Assembly: GCF_003149375.1 (NCBI RefSeq)
Contig: NZ_QFWH01000005.1
Span: forward strand, 14,004 to 78,003
Length of the DNA: 64,000 nt
Direction: 5' to 3'
DNA from: Vampirovibrio chlorellavorus
GTDB lineage: Bacteria; Cyanobacteriota; Vampirovibrionia; Vampirovibrionales; Vampirovibrionaceae
Shown: positions 54,079-63,929 of the stretch, piece by piece
How positions within the stretch are numbered: the stretch's first letter is position 1
How the letters are laid out: every line of letters starts with the position of its first letter
Notes under the pieces: generated by a model
Database searches by the model: none
What the model was told of the DNA's origin: nothing
The model's input: the letters and a program-made list of their open reading frames with translations, nothing else
Program-made: the position numbers and the translations under genes

Positions 54079-55368
54079 TTAGAAGAAGCGCAGCCAGCTG
54101 TTGGGATGCCGTTTTTTCAGGGCGGCGTATTGCTGAATCAAAGGGTAAGACATGAGCAGGCAAGCTGCGGCAATTAGCCACACCCATCCAATGTCCGGCA
54201 CACTGAACTTTTCCCCAGCAGAAGGTGGCCACAGTCGGGCTGCTATGAAGGCTGCCCCGTGCAGGAGGTACAAATGCAGCAGGTAGTAAAACATGGACAC
54301 ACGCCCAAACTGGAGTAGCACGGTTGTGACAGCGTTTCGGGGGCCTTCCAGCCAGCCCAGCGCCAGGCAGGTTCCACCCACTGTCATCAGGGTGAATAAA
54401 AAGGAGGGCGGGTATTTGGTCAGGTTGACAAAAGACATCAGGGTTTGCAGCGGCTGGCCCGCAGCCGGGGTAAACAGACCTGCTTCTCCGTAGAGGTTGC
54501 CCCACCGGAGGATGGCAAACCCCAATAGCAGCGCAGTCCCTCCCCAAAGCAGCCAACGCTTTCGTTGCCGGGCGGGGATGGTTTTATTAAACAAGGGACC
54601 CGTCAAAAAACCGGCGCTCATCATGCCAATCCAGGGAATCAGGGGATAGGAGGTCCGTATTTTGAAAGTGTCGGTAATGGGAATCAGGTTGCGCTCATGC
54701 AGGATGGAGCAGAGAACGTGTTGCGGGGTGCCTTCCATAAAATGAACGTTGTCCAGCAACGGATGAGCGGCAATCAGCAAAGCGGTGATCAGGATCTGCA
54801 GGGGGCGAGGGAGCCATATCATTCCTGCCAGGGCGATCATGCTCATTCCGATGGCCCAGATGACCTGCAGGTACAAGGTGGTGGGGGGGACGATAAACGT
54901 CCAGGAAACGTTGATGAGGGTGATTTCCAGCAAGATGAGAATAAAACCCCGTGTGATGAGGAACTGGCACAAGTCTTTTTTGCTGAGGCCCGGTTTTTGG
55001 CTGTATAGATAAGCGGAGACCCCGGCCAGAAAGACAAAGGTGGGGGCGCAAAAATGGGTCAGCCAGCGGGTAAAAAAGACTTCGGGGGGCAGGCAGCCCA
55101 CGCACAGCGGATCAGACAGGGAAATCCGTTTAAAGAAAAACTCACGGGCGTGATCCACGGTCATCAGGGTGATGGCCAGCCCTCGCACGATGTCGATACT
55201 GTTTATTCGGGACGTGGAATCGGGAGAGGCTGATGGCAAAGCGGGAATCCTTTCGCTTGAAGTCGAACTTTTTTTGGGGGGATGATGGGCCAGTCGCTGC
55301 AGGGTAAGCACGGCGCAGGGGAAACACGCCATGGAAGGGCTGCCACCGGGGCGCTCTGGTATCGCCAT
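54079..55368 (-). CDS. DUF1624 (HGSNAT-like) membrane acyltransferase family protein
   Basis: SIDIVRGLAITLMTVDHA motif, then about 10 TM helices. N-terminal roughly 60 aa may be an over-extension of the ORF. Confidence 0.5.
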   Translation of the reverse strand: MAIPERPGGSPSMACFPCAVLTLQRLAHHPPKKSSTSSERIPALPSASPDSTSRINSIDIVRGLAITLMTVDHAREFFFKRISLSDPLCVGCLPPEVFFTRWLTHFCAPTFVFLAGVSAYLYSQKPGLSKKDLCQFLITRGFILILLEITLINVSWTFIVPPTTLYLQVIWAIGMSMIALAGMIWLPRPLQILITALLIAAHPLLDNVHFMEGTPQHVLCSILHERNLIPITDTFKIRTSYPLIPWIGMMSAGFLTGPLFNKTIPARQRKRWLLWGGTALLLGFAILRWGNLYGEAGLFTPAAGQPLQTLMSFVNLTKYPPSFLFTLMTVGGTCLALGWLEGPRNAVTTVLLQFGRVSMFYYLLHLYLLHGAAFIAARLWPPSAGEKFSVPDIGWVWLIAAACLLMSYPLIQQYAALKKRHPNSWLRFF

Positions 55369-55529
55369 GCCGCAAGATTGCTGGCCAGACGATTTTTGCG
55401 ATTTTGGGGCACGCTCTATTTTTATAGCGTTTTATTTTAACGCTTTATTTTAACATTGTTGCATTTGAAGATGAAGCCCTGCGGACTTTCTTTGGGGAGC
55501 GGGCGTGGATCGGACGAACCCGCCAGTGA

Positions 55530-57449
55530 CTATCTGGCCGCCAGGGTGGGTACGGGCAGCTGAATTACAAACACCGAGCCTTGGCCCGGGCTGCTGGTGG
55601 CCCAGATGTGGCCGTTGTGTCGTTCCACAATCCGGTGGCATATGGCCAGACCAATGCCGTTGCCGTGATAAGCGCTGGACTTCCCGTGCAGGCGCTCAAA
55701 GGGTCGAAATATTCGTTCCGCCTGACTTTGAGAAAAGCCAATGCCGTTATCACGCACGGATATCTGGCACAAGTGGCGCTCGGGATTGATGGCCTCAATT
55801 TCAACCTGCGGCTTCTGTCCGGGCGGCTGGTATTTAATGGCGTTTTCCAGCAGATTCTGGATTAGCAGGGTCAGCTGTTCCCCATCCCCATAGACCTGAA
55901 CGAGTTGCTTGATTTGGATGACGGCCCCTGTTTCCTCGATTAAATCCGATAGCGTGGTGATAACGCGTTTTAAAATGGGGGAAAGATCAATCAAATCAAA
56001 GGCCTGGGCCTCAGTGGACACCTGCGACAGCGATAATAAATCTGAAACCAGACTTTGCATGCTTTCCAGCGATGCATGAATCCGACCCATCAGGCTGTAG
56101 GTTTCCGGGTCGAGCTGGACCTGCAGGCGGGGCCGGATCATTTCGCAAAAGCTCTTGGCTTTTCTCAGGGGCGCCTGCAAGTCATGGGAGGCAATGGCGG
56201 CGAATTGTTCCAAATCCCGGTTGCTGATGGCCAGTTGCCTTTGGCTGCGCTCCAGAGCCTCTTGCATCTCCTGCAGCTCGTGGATGTCCGTATTGGTGCC
56301 AAACCAGCGTATGATCTCTCCGTCAGCATTTTCAATGGGCATCGCGCGGGACAGAAACCATCGATACTGTCCATTTTTAGCCCGTATGGCCACAGTCGCC
56401 TCAAACGGGGCTTTGGTATGGCTGGCAAGCCGGATGTTCTCCACCAGCGCCTCGGCCTGATCTTCCCGAATGAACGAAGTCCACCCCCAGCCTTGAGACG
56501 CCTCCATGGTCGAGCCGGTGTAGTCCAGGTACGGTTGATTCAGCCAGAATCGGTAGCCTTCGGCGTCGGCCATCCATGCTTGCTGGGGAATGGAATTGGC
56601 CAGCGCCCGCCAGGTGGACTCATTTTGGGTGATAACAAACTCTGCCTGCTTGCGCTCGGTGATGTCGATGACATACCCGATATAACCCTGAAAATCTCCG
56701 TTGTCAGTGGTCAAAGGAATGCCAGCTTCGGACATGTAGCGGTACTCACCATCTTTTCGTTTTAACCGATACTCCAGCGAGATTTGCGCACGCTGGTCAG
56801 CGGCCTGCAGGAATGCCTGTCGCACACTCTCTCGCTCTTCCGGGTGAATTTGGGTCAGCCAGCCTGATGACAGGAGTTCTTCCGGGGTGAGGCCGGTAAA
56901 TTCTTGCCAGGCCTGATTAAGATAAGTCGTGTTCAGGCTGGCGTCCGTCAGCCAGATCATGACAGGAACGCTATCGGTGACGAAGCGAAAGTGGGCCTCA
57001 CTGGTCTCCAGCCTCTTCTGGCTTTCAATCAATTCGGCTTCTTTCTGTTTTAGCTGCGTAATATCCTGGATCACGGCCAACCCCAGCGGGGATTCCGTGG
57101 CATGGTCCGCCTCGGTGTGGGTGGGCGGTTTAACCAGTGAACAGGAAATATAAACCCAGACCCAATCTCCCGATTTTCGGATATAACGCTTTTCCAGCTC
57201 ATAGTTCTCGATTTCGCCCTTAAAGAGCCGTGCGGCCTGCTGATCATCAACGGCCAGATCATCCGGATGGGTAATACTGCCGAACGTGCGCTGCAACAGT
57301 TCAGATTCGGTATAGCCGGTAATTTGGCAAAGTCGGGGATTGACACTGACAAAATAGCCACTGGTATCTACCAGTCCCACACCTGCGCAACTTTGCCTGA
57401 AAATGGCGTCAAGCAAGGACCCGGACTCATACACTGGTGGGATAATCAC
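55530..57449 (-). CDS. multi-PAS sensor histidine kinase
   Basis: Several PAS/PAC units (for example HPDD, WLNQPYLDYTG), HisKA with phospho-His (AAIASHDLQAPLRK), and HATPase_c (NLLENAIKY...GNGIGL...GQGSVF). Confidence 0.8.
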   Translation of the reverse strand: MIIPPVYESGSLLDAIFRQSCAGVGLVDTSGYFVSVNPRLCQITGYTESELLQRTFGSITHPDDLAVDDQQAARLFKGEIENYELEKRYIRKSGDWVWVYISCSLVKPPTHTEADHATESPLGLAVIQDITQLKQKEAELIESQKRLETSEAHFRFVTDSVPVMIWLTDASLNTTYLNQAWQEFTGLTPEELLSSGWLTQIHPEERESVRQAFLQAADQRAQISLEYRLKRKDGEYRYMSEAGIPLTTDNGDFQGYIGYVIDITERKQAEFVITQNESTWRALANSIPQQAWMADAEGYRFWLNQPYLDYTGSTMEASQGWGWTSFIREDQAEALVENIRLASHTKAPFEATVAIRAKNGQYRWFLSRAMPIENADGEIIRWFGTNTDIHELQEMQEALERSQRQLAISNRDLEQFAAIASHDLQAPLRKAKSFCEMIRPRLQVQLDPETYSLMGRIHASLESMQSLVSDLLSLSQVSTEAQAFDLIDLSPILKRVITTLSDLIEETGAVIQIKQLVQVYGDGEQLTLLIQNLLENAIKYQPPGQKPQVEIEAINPERHLCQISVRDNGIGFSQSQAERIFRPFERLHGKSSAYHGNGIGLAICHRIVERHNGHIWATSSPGQGSVFVIQLPVPTLAAR

Positions 57450-57610
57450 GGTTAAACTCTACTCATTTCATAATTAAACGACTAACCACTTGCTGCCTAG
57501 TTATAATCAATTTCACTGATTTTAACAAGGTTGTGTCAAAAATAAATTACACACATAGACAATGTGGTAAAAAGTATGAGCAAGCGGGATCGTGGAAGGA
57601 TTGAAGTTTA

Positions 57611-57664
57611 GAGAGATTGTAGTAAGGCAGGTTGTAGTAAGGTAGATTGGAGTAGGACAGATTG
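57611..57664. repeat. three tandem 15-16 bp direct repeats (TTGTAGTAAGG core) in the divergent promoter region
   Basis: GATTGTAGTAAGGCAG / GTTGTAGTAAGGTAG / ATTGGAGTAGGACAG. Confidence 0.5.
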
Positions 57665-57696
57665 CCGTCATCCGTTTTTGGCTAGCAACAAAATTC

Positions 57697-58137
57697 GTGT
57701 TGCGGTTTTATACCAGTACTTGTCCATTTCCAAGCCTGCAAATTGCTTTGCCAGAAAGGCCAGTCATTATGCTGTCCGTATTACCGTCCAACATTCCCCG
57801 CCCCTTGGCGGACTCATCGTTTCCCCGCCCCGCGAGAGGGGTTCAGCCAATGCTTGGCCCATTGTCCCGGAACGCTGCCCCATCGGGCGACGACCAGTTC
57901 ACGCGTTTGCCTGCCCCGAATGCCCGCACTAAGCCTGTGCAGTTCGGTGGTGGCGGTAAGGCTATGGCGTTCGGCACGGGCGGTCTGGCCACAGGGGTTC
58001 TTTTGTGGCCACTGAGTCTGGTGGTCGGTCTTTTCGGCTTGATTATCCATCCCTTACTGCCCATCGCCGCGCTTATGGGTGTCGCTCCCATTGGGCTATC
58101 CATCTGGGGCGCTATATCGGGCTGGAAAAGTAAATAG
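57697..58137 (+). CDS. hypothetical small membrane protein
   Basis: C-terminal Gly-rich hydrophobic helices (LATGVLLWPLSLVVGLFGLIIHPLLPIAALMGVAPIGLSIWGAISGW). Start uncertain (alternative Met at 57769). Confidence 0.3.
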   Translation: MLRFYTSTCPFPSLQIALPERPVIMLSVLPSNIPRPLADSSFPRPARGVQPMLGPLSRNAAPSGDDQFTRLPAPNARTKPVQFGGGGKAMAFGTGGLATGVLLWPLSLVVGLFGLIIHPLLPIAALMGVAPIGLSIWGAISGWKSK

Positions 58138-58316
58138 AGTCCAAAGTAAATTAAACCCAAAGTAAATAGGGCCCAAATCCAGTAAAGCCCCTGCTTGGCA
58201 TAGACGGCAGAGAAGAGCGTCCCCCCTGAGCCGGTTTCAATCAGCCCTGATTTTGGCTTGCCCCGGGATTTTGGTCTGCCCTGGCTGCTCCGGTTGGCAG
58301 TTTCAATCCCCGAGCC

Positions 58317-59135
58317 CTAGATCAGGAAGCTCTTGGCTCCGAATTGCTCTTTCTGGACGGCAAGATGAGGGGCTATCATGGCGTAGCTACTGGCCAAGCC
58401 TTCCAGGGTGGAGGTTTCAATGGCCAGATGGATCTTTTGGGGCAGTAGGGCCAGATGGTTCAGGAACCCGGGCATGTCAATCAGGCCTTTTTCAAAGGAA
58501 TCATGGCTATCCAGCGCTCCCCCGTTGTTGTGGGCGTGGATGTAGGCCACCTGACTCCCCAGTTCTTGCAGCCAGTCAATGGGAGAGAGTTTGGAAAAAA
58601 TATTAATGTGCCCGATATCCACGCAGGCCTTGAGATGGGGCGAGTTAATCCGGCTGAGCAGGGCGTGAATGGACTCGGGACTGTCATCAAGAAAGTTTTC
58701 AATCACAATGGTCAGGTTGGTGTCCCGAACCTCTTCCTCTAATAGCCTTTCCCAAAAGTCAGTCACCTTGTTCAGCCACATGTAAGTGGCATTGGCGGCC
58801 CTGTAAATGGGGGTCCACTGGGAGTGAAAGACCAGATAGCGCACATCCAGCGCCTTAGCCACCTCAATGGCCTGTTTGTAGCGATGCCGGGACACTTTCA
58901 GGATTTCCGGGTCCAGGCTGACCACGTTGGTGTCAAAAATAGGGCCGTGCATGGAGAGAATGCCCCGAAAATCCTTCAGCAGATGACGATAACGGAGGAT
59001 CTCCTGGTGTCGGTTGTCCAGGTTTTCCACGTGGTAAAAGGTCGGAATTTCATAGTCCAGCCCGTGAGTCAGGGCGAATTGAATTCCGGCTTCAAGCGCT
59101 GGGCCTTTGGGGGCGGCAAATATCCGTTCAATCAT
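58317..59135 (-). CDS. sugar phosphate isomerase/epimerase (xylose isomerase-like TIM barrel) family protein
   Basis: 272 aa; metal-binding-type segments (VIENF, CVDIGH, HAHNN) typical of the AP endonuclease 2 / xylose isomerase-like fold. Confidence 0.65.
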   Translation of the reverse strand: MIERIFAAPKGPALEAGIQFALTHGLDYEIPTFYHVENLDNRHQEILRYRHLLKDFRGILSMHGPIFDTNVVSLDPEILKVSRHRYKQAIEVAKALDVRYLVFHSQWTPIYRAANATYMWLNKVTDFWERLLEEEVRDTNLTIVIENFLDDSPESIHALLSRINSPHLKACVDIGHINIFSKLSPIDWLQELGSQVAYIHAHNNGGALDSHDSFEKGLIDMPGFLNHLALLPQKIHLAIETSTLEGLASSYAMIAPHLAVQKEQFGAKSFLI

Positions 59136-59523
59136 GGGCTGTTCTCAATTGGCACGTTCATTGCGTGGAGTGTTGAGGGTCTTCAGCGGCGCTGACTGTG
59201 GCACTACGGAGCAAAAACACAGATGCGGGGTCAGGCGCCTTTAAAGCAAAGAAAGTCTGTTATTTCTTGACAATCCCAATTTAACTTATTATGCCCGTTT
59301 TGGGGAATGGATTGCTCCCCTATTTCGAGGAATCCAAAAAACGGAATGCTCAAGGCCGGACCCAGCGAACTGGGACGCTGGGGTACCCTGGAAGCGAAAA
59401 TGGAGATTGCGACTCAGGAGAAGGGCCTGCGAGCCGGGAGAGGAGCCTCTTGTGGTGTGTTTTGTTGCTGAAAGCGGAGGCCGCACTGGCCAATCGGATC
59501 GGGCAAAAATGGTATGATAGAAA

Positions 59524-59898
59524 ATGTTGCCTGACGGGAGTTGTTGGATGGATTTGTCCAATCGTTTTTTGCCGGACTGCGTTGTGGTGGACGTGATAGA
59601 CGATAAGTTCGGCTATCCCAAGACCATGGTCTTGAAAAACCATGTCGCCAAGTTGCTTATGGAAGGTCACCGGCATGTGGTGCTAAATTTGTCACAGGTG
59701 CAGACGCTGGACAGTTTTGGTATTGCCGTTTTAATTTCCTTGCTGAAGCTCTGCCGGGAAATCAAAGGCAATTTGACCCTGTTCGGGTTGAATAAGCAAG
59801 TGTCCAATCTCATGGAAATAACCCACATGGATCGGGTGCTGGATATCTGGGAATCTGAGGCGCAGGCCATCAGTCAGGTGCGCGCAGCGCAGTCCTAG
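59524..59898 (+). CDS. STAS-domain protein (anti-sigma-factor antagonist-like)
   Basis: 124 aa. VVLNLSQVQTLDSFGIAVLISL...GNLTLFGLNKQVSNLMEITHMDRV matches the SpoIIAA/STAS fold with the conserved Ser (DSFG) phospho-site region. Confidence 0.65.
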   Translation: MLPDGSCWMDLSNRFLPDCVVVDVIDDKFGYPKTMVLKNHVAKLLMEGHRHVVLNLSQVQTLDSFGIAVLISLLKLCREIKGNLTLFGLNKQVSNLMEITHMDRVLDIWESEAQAISQVRAAQS

Positions 59899-59937
59899 TC
59901 CATAGTCTGGACCCCCTGGTCCGGGAGGTCTGGCCTT

Positions 59938-62838
59938 TTAAGGGGTCGGTTGCGCTTTAACGCCTTGGGGATAGGGGATATGCGAGCCCGGGTTTGGCCG
60001 GTTCAGTGCCGCAGGGGGTGTGAATCCGGGTGGCTGGGGCCGGTAGGGCTGAAAGGGAAAGCTCTTGGGTGGAGCCTGAGTGCTGAAGGGGCTTACCGGC
60101 GTGAAGGCTGGTACAGCACTGCTGGCCGGTTTAGACAGGGCGTTGAAAGTCGGCTGCAGGGCGGGTGATGGTTTGGGCCCTGCTGGGGCGGGAGCCGGTT
60201 TTTTGGGGTAGCCGGGCTGAGGCGCGGATTTTTTCTCCAGCACTTTCAGCAGACCATAGGAAGATCCCGCAAACACGCCCAGCGCCACACCGCCGACGGT
60301 GGCAAAGCGGCTGAAGTGGTTCATGTGTCTCAGGCCTTTCAGGAATGGCAGGGTGGTTTTGTCCCAGGCCTGGGATAGAACGGCCAGTGCTGGCAAAGTA
60401 CCCAGATAGCCAGCGTTGACAATATCCTGCGCTGTGCCTTTTTGAGCCACCAGCTTTTCCTGGTAGGGTTGCAGGACTTTGTTGTCAAAGCGACTGGCCA
60501 GCCAGCCGTAGAAGATGAAGTTAAGCCCAACCGTGGTCAGAATTTTGGGCCAGGTGCCGTTTCTCTGGATTTTATTCACCGCGGACTTGACCATGTGGCT
60601 TTGCAGGCCATCGGTGATCAGGCTTTTAATGGTCCATTCCGCGCTTTTAACCTTTTGGCCCAGCTGATTCTCAATGGTGTGCAGATTCTTTTCGTTCAGT
60701 ACTTTTTTCAGCAGGGTTTCCAGGCCCTCTTCTTTCGGGTTGGCGAGCGGGTTGCCGAAGGCATCGGTGTTGGTGAGTTGTCGAAACAGCTTGCCCCGGA
60801 TTTTTCCGGCTTTCAGGGCGAGTTGCTCTTCCGGGCTGAGCGCGGCCAGTTTGCTGTCCAGTTGGGCTTTCAGGTTCGGACAGAACGAGTCGTTCAGGTG
60901 GCTGTAATCCATATCACCGGTCAGATGCGCCCAAATGGTCTTTTTGACCTTGCCCATCACCGATTCCACGCTGTGTTGTTCCAGATCCTTGACCGCCCCG
61001 GTGGCGCTGGACATTTTGGGTAAATGCTGACCCAAATCCTGGCTTAAATGCCTGATTTCGCCATCATCCAGCCAGTGGCGCAAGCCCATATCCTGCAAGC
61101 GGGCTTCCAGCAGTTTCCATTTCTCCACGGGCTGACCTTTGAGGGGGCCGTCGGTGTAGCGGGGCAAGTGTTCATAAGGTAATTTGTTGACGTCCTCAAA
61201 CGCGGTTTTTACTTTCTTCTTGACCTGCAGTAGCAAATCGGCGCCCAAATGCTGCCAAAGGCTGTCCAGCATCATATTTTTGATCTGGAGGCTTTTGGAA
61301 ATGGTTTCAAACCAGCTTTCAAAATGTCCCAGCTTTTTGTTCAGCTGGTTCATGGAAATATATCCCCGGGGCTTGTGGGGCCGCTCGCCTGGATTGGTCA
61401 GGAAGGCTTGCAACCGGCCTTTTTCATTTCGGAATTCATCTTCCCAGTTGCGCCATACTTTTTCGTTTTCTTTCGCCCATTCTTCCTGAAACTTCAGCTT
61501 TTGATCCTGATTGCCCTGCTGCTTTTTGCTTTTATGGATGCCCTGCAGGATGGTTTGCAGCGTCAGGTTATCCCGTTTGATGCGATCCTGAATGGCGTTA
61601 TGATCCAGCCCTTCTTCCTGCATCCGTTTCAAAATATCCTGGTTGGTGGAGGCATGCCAAAAGTCGGTCAGGGACTCTTTTTTGTAGAGAAACTGCAAGT
61701 TCTCGATTTCCTGAATGCCCTTGGTAAAGGCTTTTTCCCGCTGATCCAGAGGCAGCCTGCGCACTTTTTCAGCCAGATTGCGTAAATCGGCTTTTCCTTT
61801 GTGCTGCAGGCCATGGAGCTTGTTGATATAGAAGCGCATGCGATCGGACACAATGTCGGACATTTCATCCACGGCGCTGAAGGGATTCTTTGGGGCCAGG
61901 GCTTCCGGCAACTGGAAGTTTCGAGGTTCAATGAGGCCTTTGGGCTTCAGGACTTCCGCTTTGGGTTTTAAAAAGTTGCTTTCCAGATAGTGCTGAAAGT
62001 TCAGGTTGCGATCCAGGTGGTTGATGAGAATACCCAACTGCTCCGTTTTGAGTAATTGAACGGATTGGTGGATGTGGGTTTTCAGTGTTTGTTTGTCCGG
62101 GTGACCGGCGGAGAGCTTTTGAAAGAGCGTTTGCGTTTCCGCCTTGGCCAGGGCTTTGTTGTCAATTTTGGCGATGCGTTCCAAATCAGCCCGATGGTTA
62201 CCCAGTTTGGCCGTTTCCGCAATAAACGCTTCCACCTGAGAGCCATTCTCCGGGTTGAGCGGATGGGTGATGAGCTGGCGCAGGGTGTCATAGAGCGGAG
62301 AATTCTTGTCCTGGAGCGCCTTGATTTCATTCAGGGCTTCTTCCTGCAGTACTTGAGGCACCAGCTCGGCGCTGTTGCGGATCAGGGTGCCCATCATCTT
62401 TTCACGCAGCGCTTCGGGCAGCTCGGCATAGTTCCAGGCCCGTGGGTATAACGCGGTGGAATTCAGCAGTTGGGCCGTTTCAGTTCGCGCGGCGGCGACC
62501 CCATTCCGGGCGGGGGCCGTCTCATTCCGGATTTCCACCGTGTCAAAGGTGGGGATGACCCGCTTCTGCCCCAGCTTGGTGTTCAGGGCATGCAGCTCCA
62601 GGGCGTTGGTCAGCAGGGGCATGGTGTAAAACCGCTCGGTTCCCCGGAAGCCCATTTCGGTCATATAGGTGCAGGCCATGACCATGCCGAAGTCCCGGAA
62701 CCAATAGTCCCCTTTGCGCTCGGGGTTGGTTTCATGAACCCGATAGGCACCCCGGCCCGCGTAGCCCAGGTTGACTGACTGGGCCAGCGCCCGTTGGGCC
62801 CAGGGATTCAGCTGCATAGCCATGGGAAGCATACCCAT
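59938..62838 (-). CDS. large hypothetical membrane-anchored protein (helical, K/E/Q-rich, C-terminal TM helices and Pro-rich tail)
   Basis: 966 aa. Long predicted-helical charged region, two hydrophobic segments near residues 790-860, C-terminal low-complexity P/A/Q tail. N-terminal region resembles the upstream 363-aa protein. Confidence 0.45.
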   Translation of the reverse strand: MGMLPMAMQLNPWAQRALAQSVNLGYAGRGAYRVHETNPERKGDYWFRDFGMVMACTYMTEMGFRGTERFYTMPLLTNALELHALNTKLGQKRVIPTFDTVEIRNETAPARNGVAAARTETAQLLNSTALYPRAWNYAELPEALREKMMGTLIRNSAELVPQVLQEEALNEIKALQDKNSPLYDTLRQLITHPLNPENGSQVEAFIAETAKLGNHRADLERIAKIDNKALAKAETQTLFQKLSAGHPDKQTLKTHIHQSVQLLKTEQLGILINHLDRNLNFQHYLESNFLKPKAEVLKPKGLIEPRNFQLPEALAPKNPFSAVDEMSDIVSDRMRFYINKLHGLQHKGKADLRNLAEKVRRLPLDQREKAFTKGIQEIENLQFLYKKESLTDFWHASTNQDILKRMQEEGLDHNAIQDRIKRDNLTLQTILQGIHKSKKQQGNQDQKLKFQEEWAKENEKVWRNWEDEFRNEKGRLQAFLTNPGERPHKPRGYISMNQLNKKLGHFESWFETISKSLQIKNMMLDSLWQHLGADLLLQVKKKVKTAFEDVNKLPYEHLPRYTDGPLKGQPVEKWKLLEARLQDMGLRHWLDDGEIRHLSQDLGQHLPKMSSATGAVKDLEQHSVESVMGKVKKTIWAHLTGDMDYSHLNDSFCPNLKAQLDSKLAALSPEEQLALKAGKIRGKLFRQLTNTDAFGNPLANPKEEGLETLLKKVLNEKNLHTIENQLGQKVKSAEWTIKSLITDGLQSHMVKSAVNKIQRNGTWPKILTTVGLNFIFYGWLASRFDNKVLQPYQEKLVAQKGTAQDIVNAGYLGTLPALAVLSQAWDKTTLPFLKGLRHMNHFSRFATVGGVALGVFAGSSYGLLKVLEKKSAPQPGYPKKPAPAPAGPKPSPALQPTFNALSKPASSAVPAFTPVSPFSTQAPPKSFPFQPYRPQPPGFTPPAALNRPNPGSHIPYPQGVKAQPTP

Positions 62839-63929
62839 CAGTGGAGCCCTCCGGGAAGCGTGGCGCCGGGAAGGGCGGATGGGTTGCTATGGCGGCGGTG
62901 ACTCACATAACTCTGAAAAAATTGGATGGGGGGAGTGGTGATGCTACTTGGGTTGGAGGGAAGGGAACTGTTGGTGAAGGGACTCTGAGGGGGGTGGGTT
63001 TTGGCCAGGATGGGGTTTTTGTGAATTTGATCGGGAGGAAGGTTCTTGTTGCCTTCAAAGTCCTTGTCTAACGGAGAGATGACTTTGTTGACGATATCCA
63101 TGGCCACCCCGCCGATGAAATAAATGGTGGCTCCAACGACAAGCCCTGTAGATAAAAGGTTCCAGCCATTTATTCGTTTGAAAAACCGGGGGATCTCTTT
63201 TTCGATGGCCTCTTCCATCGGGGTCAGGATGTGGGGAAGGGGCTTGTTGTCGGCAATGGCCTTGGCGTTTTCCTGTATCTTGTGATGAAGGTCTCGATAT
63301 CGCTTTTTAATGAGATCGGTTTTATTGGCGTCCAGCCAGGAGGACGCCCACAGCGCTTTTTTACCCTTTCGGGCGCCTTTCAGCTCGTCATTGCTGATTT
63401 TGATACCGGCATCTTGCAGGATATCCAGGTAATCCACGTCCATGCGCCCGTGATCCAGGAATTTTTGCAGCCCGGACATTTCCGAGGAGAGATACCCTTT
63501 CTGCCGCATAAACGGGTTGAAGAGCAGGGTATTCACCCCGTAATTCTCACTTTTGGCCAGGTTTTGCAGCAGCAGGGTCATCATCCAGATTACCGCGTTT
63601 CGGCCATTGGTTTCCCAGGGGTGCTTGTCGTCCTTGATGGCGTAATAGCCTTGCAGCAAGTAAACGCCCAACAGGGTTTGCACCCGACTGGCCATATCCT
63701 CCAGGGATAAACCGCCCCAGCGGATGTCGTTGTTAAACAGCTTGCCCGCCAACAAACGATTTTTGACGAAGCTGGCAAAACGGTACCCTCGAACCACCGC
63801 CTCCTGCGGTACCTCTGACCTGGCCACTTTGGCAAGGCCAGTGCCTCCAGATCCAAAGCGCAGGGGGATAGAATTCCCTTTGGACCATCTGGACGGCAAG
63901 GTAATACTGTTTAGCGTTGTCGTTACCAT
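62838..63929 (-). CDS. hypothetical membrane-anchored protein (paralogous N-domain to the 59938..62838 product, TM helix, Pro/Ser-rich tail)
   Basis: 363 aa. GYYAIKDDKHPWETNGRNAVIWMMTLL resembles GYAGRGAYRVHETNPERKGDYWFRDFGMVMACTY of the downstream protein. TM (LLSTGLVVGATIYFIGGVAMDIV), then P/S-rich tail. Stop overlaps the downstream start (ATGA at 62838). Confidence 0.4.
   Translation of the reverse strand: MVTTTLNSITLPSRWSKGNSIPLRFGSGGTGLAKVARSEVPQEAVVRGYRFASFVKNRLLAGKLFNNDIRWGGLSLEDMASRVQTLLGVYLLQGYYAIKDDKHPWETNGRNAVIWMMTLLLQNLAKSENYGVNTLLFNPFMRQKGYLSSEMSGLQKFLDHGRMDVDYLDILQDAGIKISNDELKGARKGKKALWASSWLDANKTDLIKKRYRDLHHKIQENAKAIADNKPLPHILTPMEEAIEKEIPRFFKRINGWNLLSTGLVVGATIYFIGGVAMDIVNKVISPLDKDFEGNKNLPPDQIHKNPILAKTHPPQSPFTNSSLPSNPSSITTPPIQFFQSYVSHRRHSNPSALPGATLPGGLH

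Noticed and set aside
58138-58316. CCAAAGTAAAT and GATTTTGG short direct repeats after the 57697..58137 gene
   Set aside because: Only two or three short low-complexity copies without spacer regularity. Most likely a terminator/low-complexity region rather than a CRISPR or a functional array.
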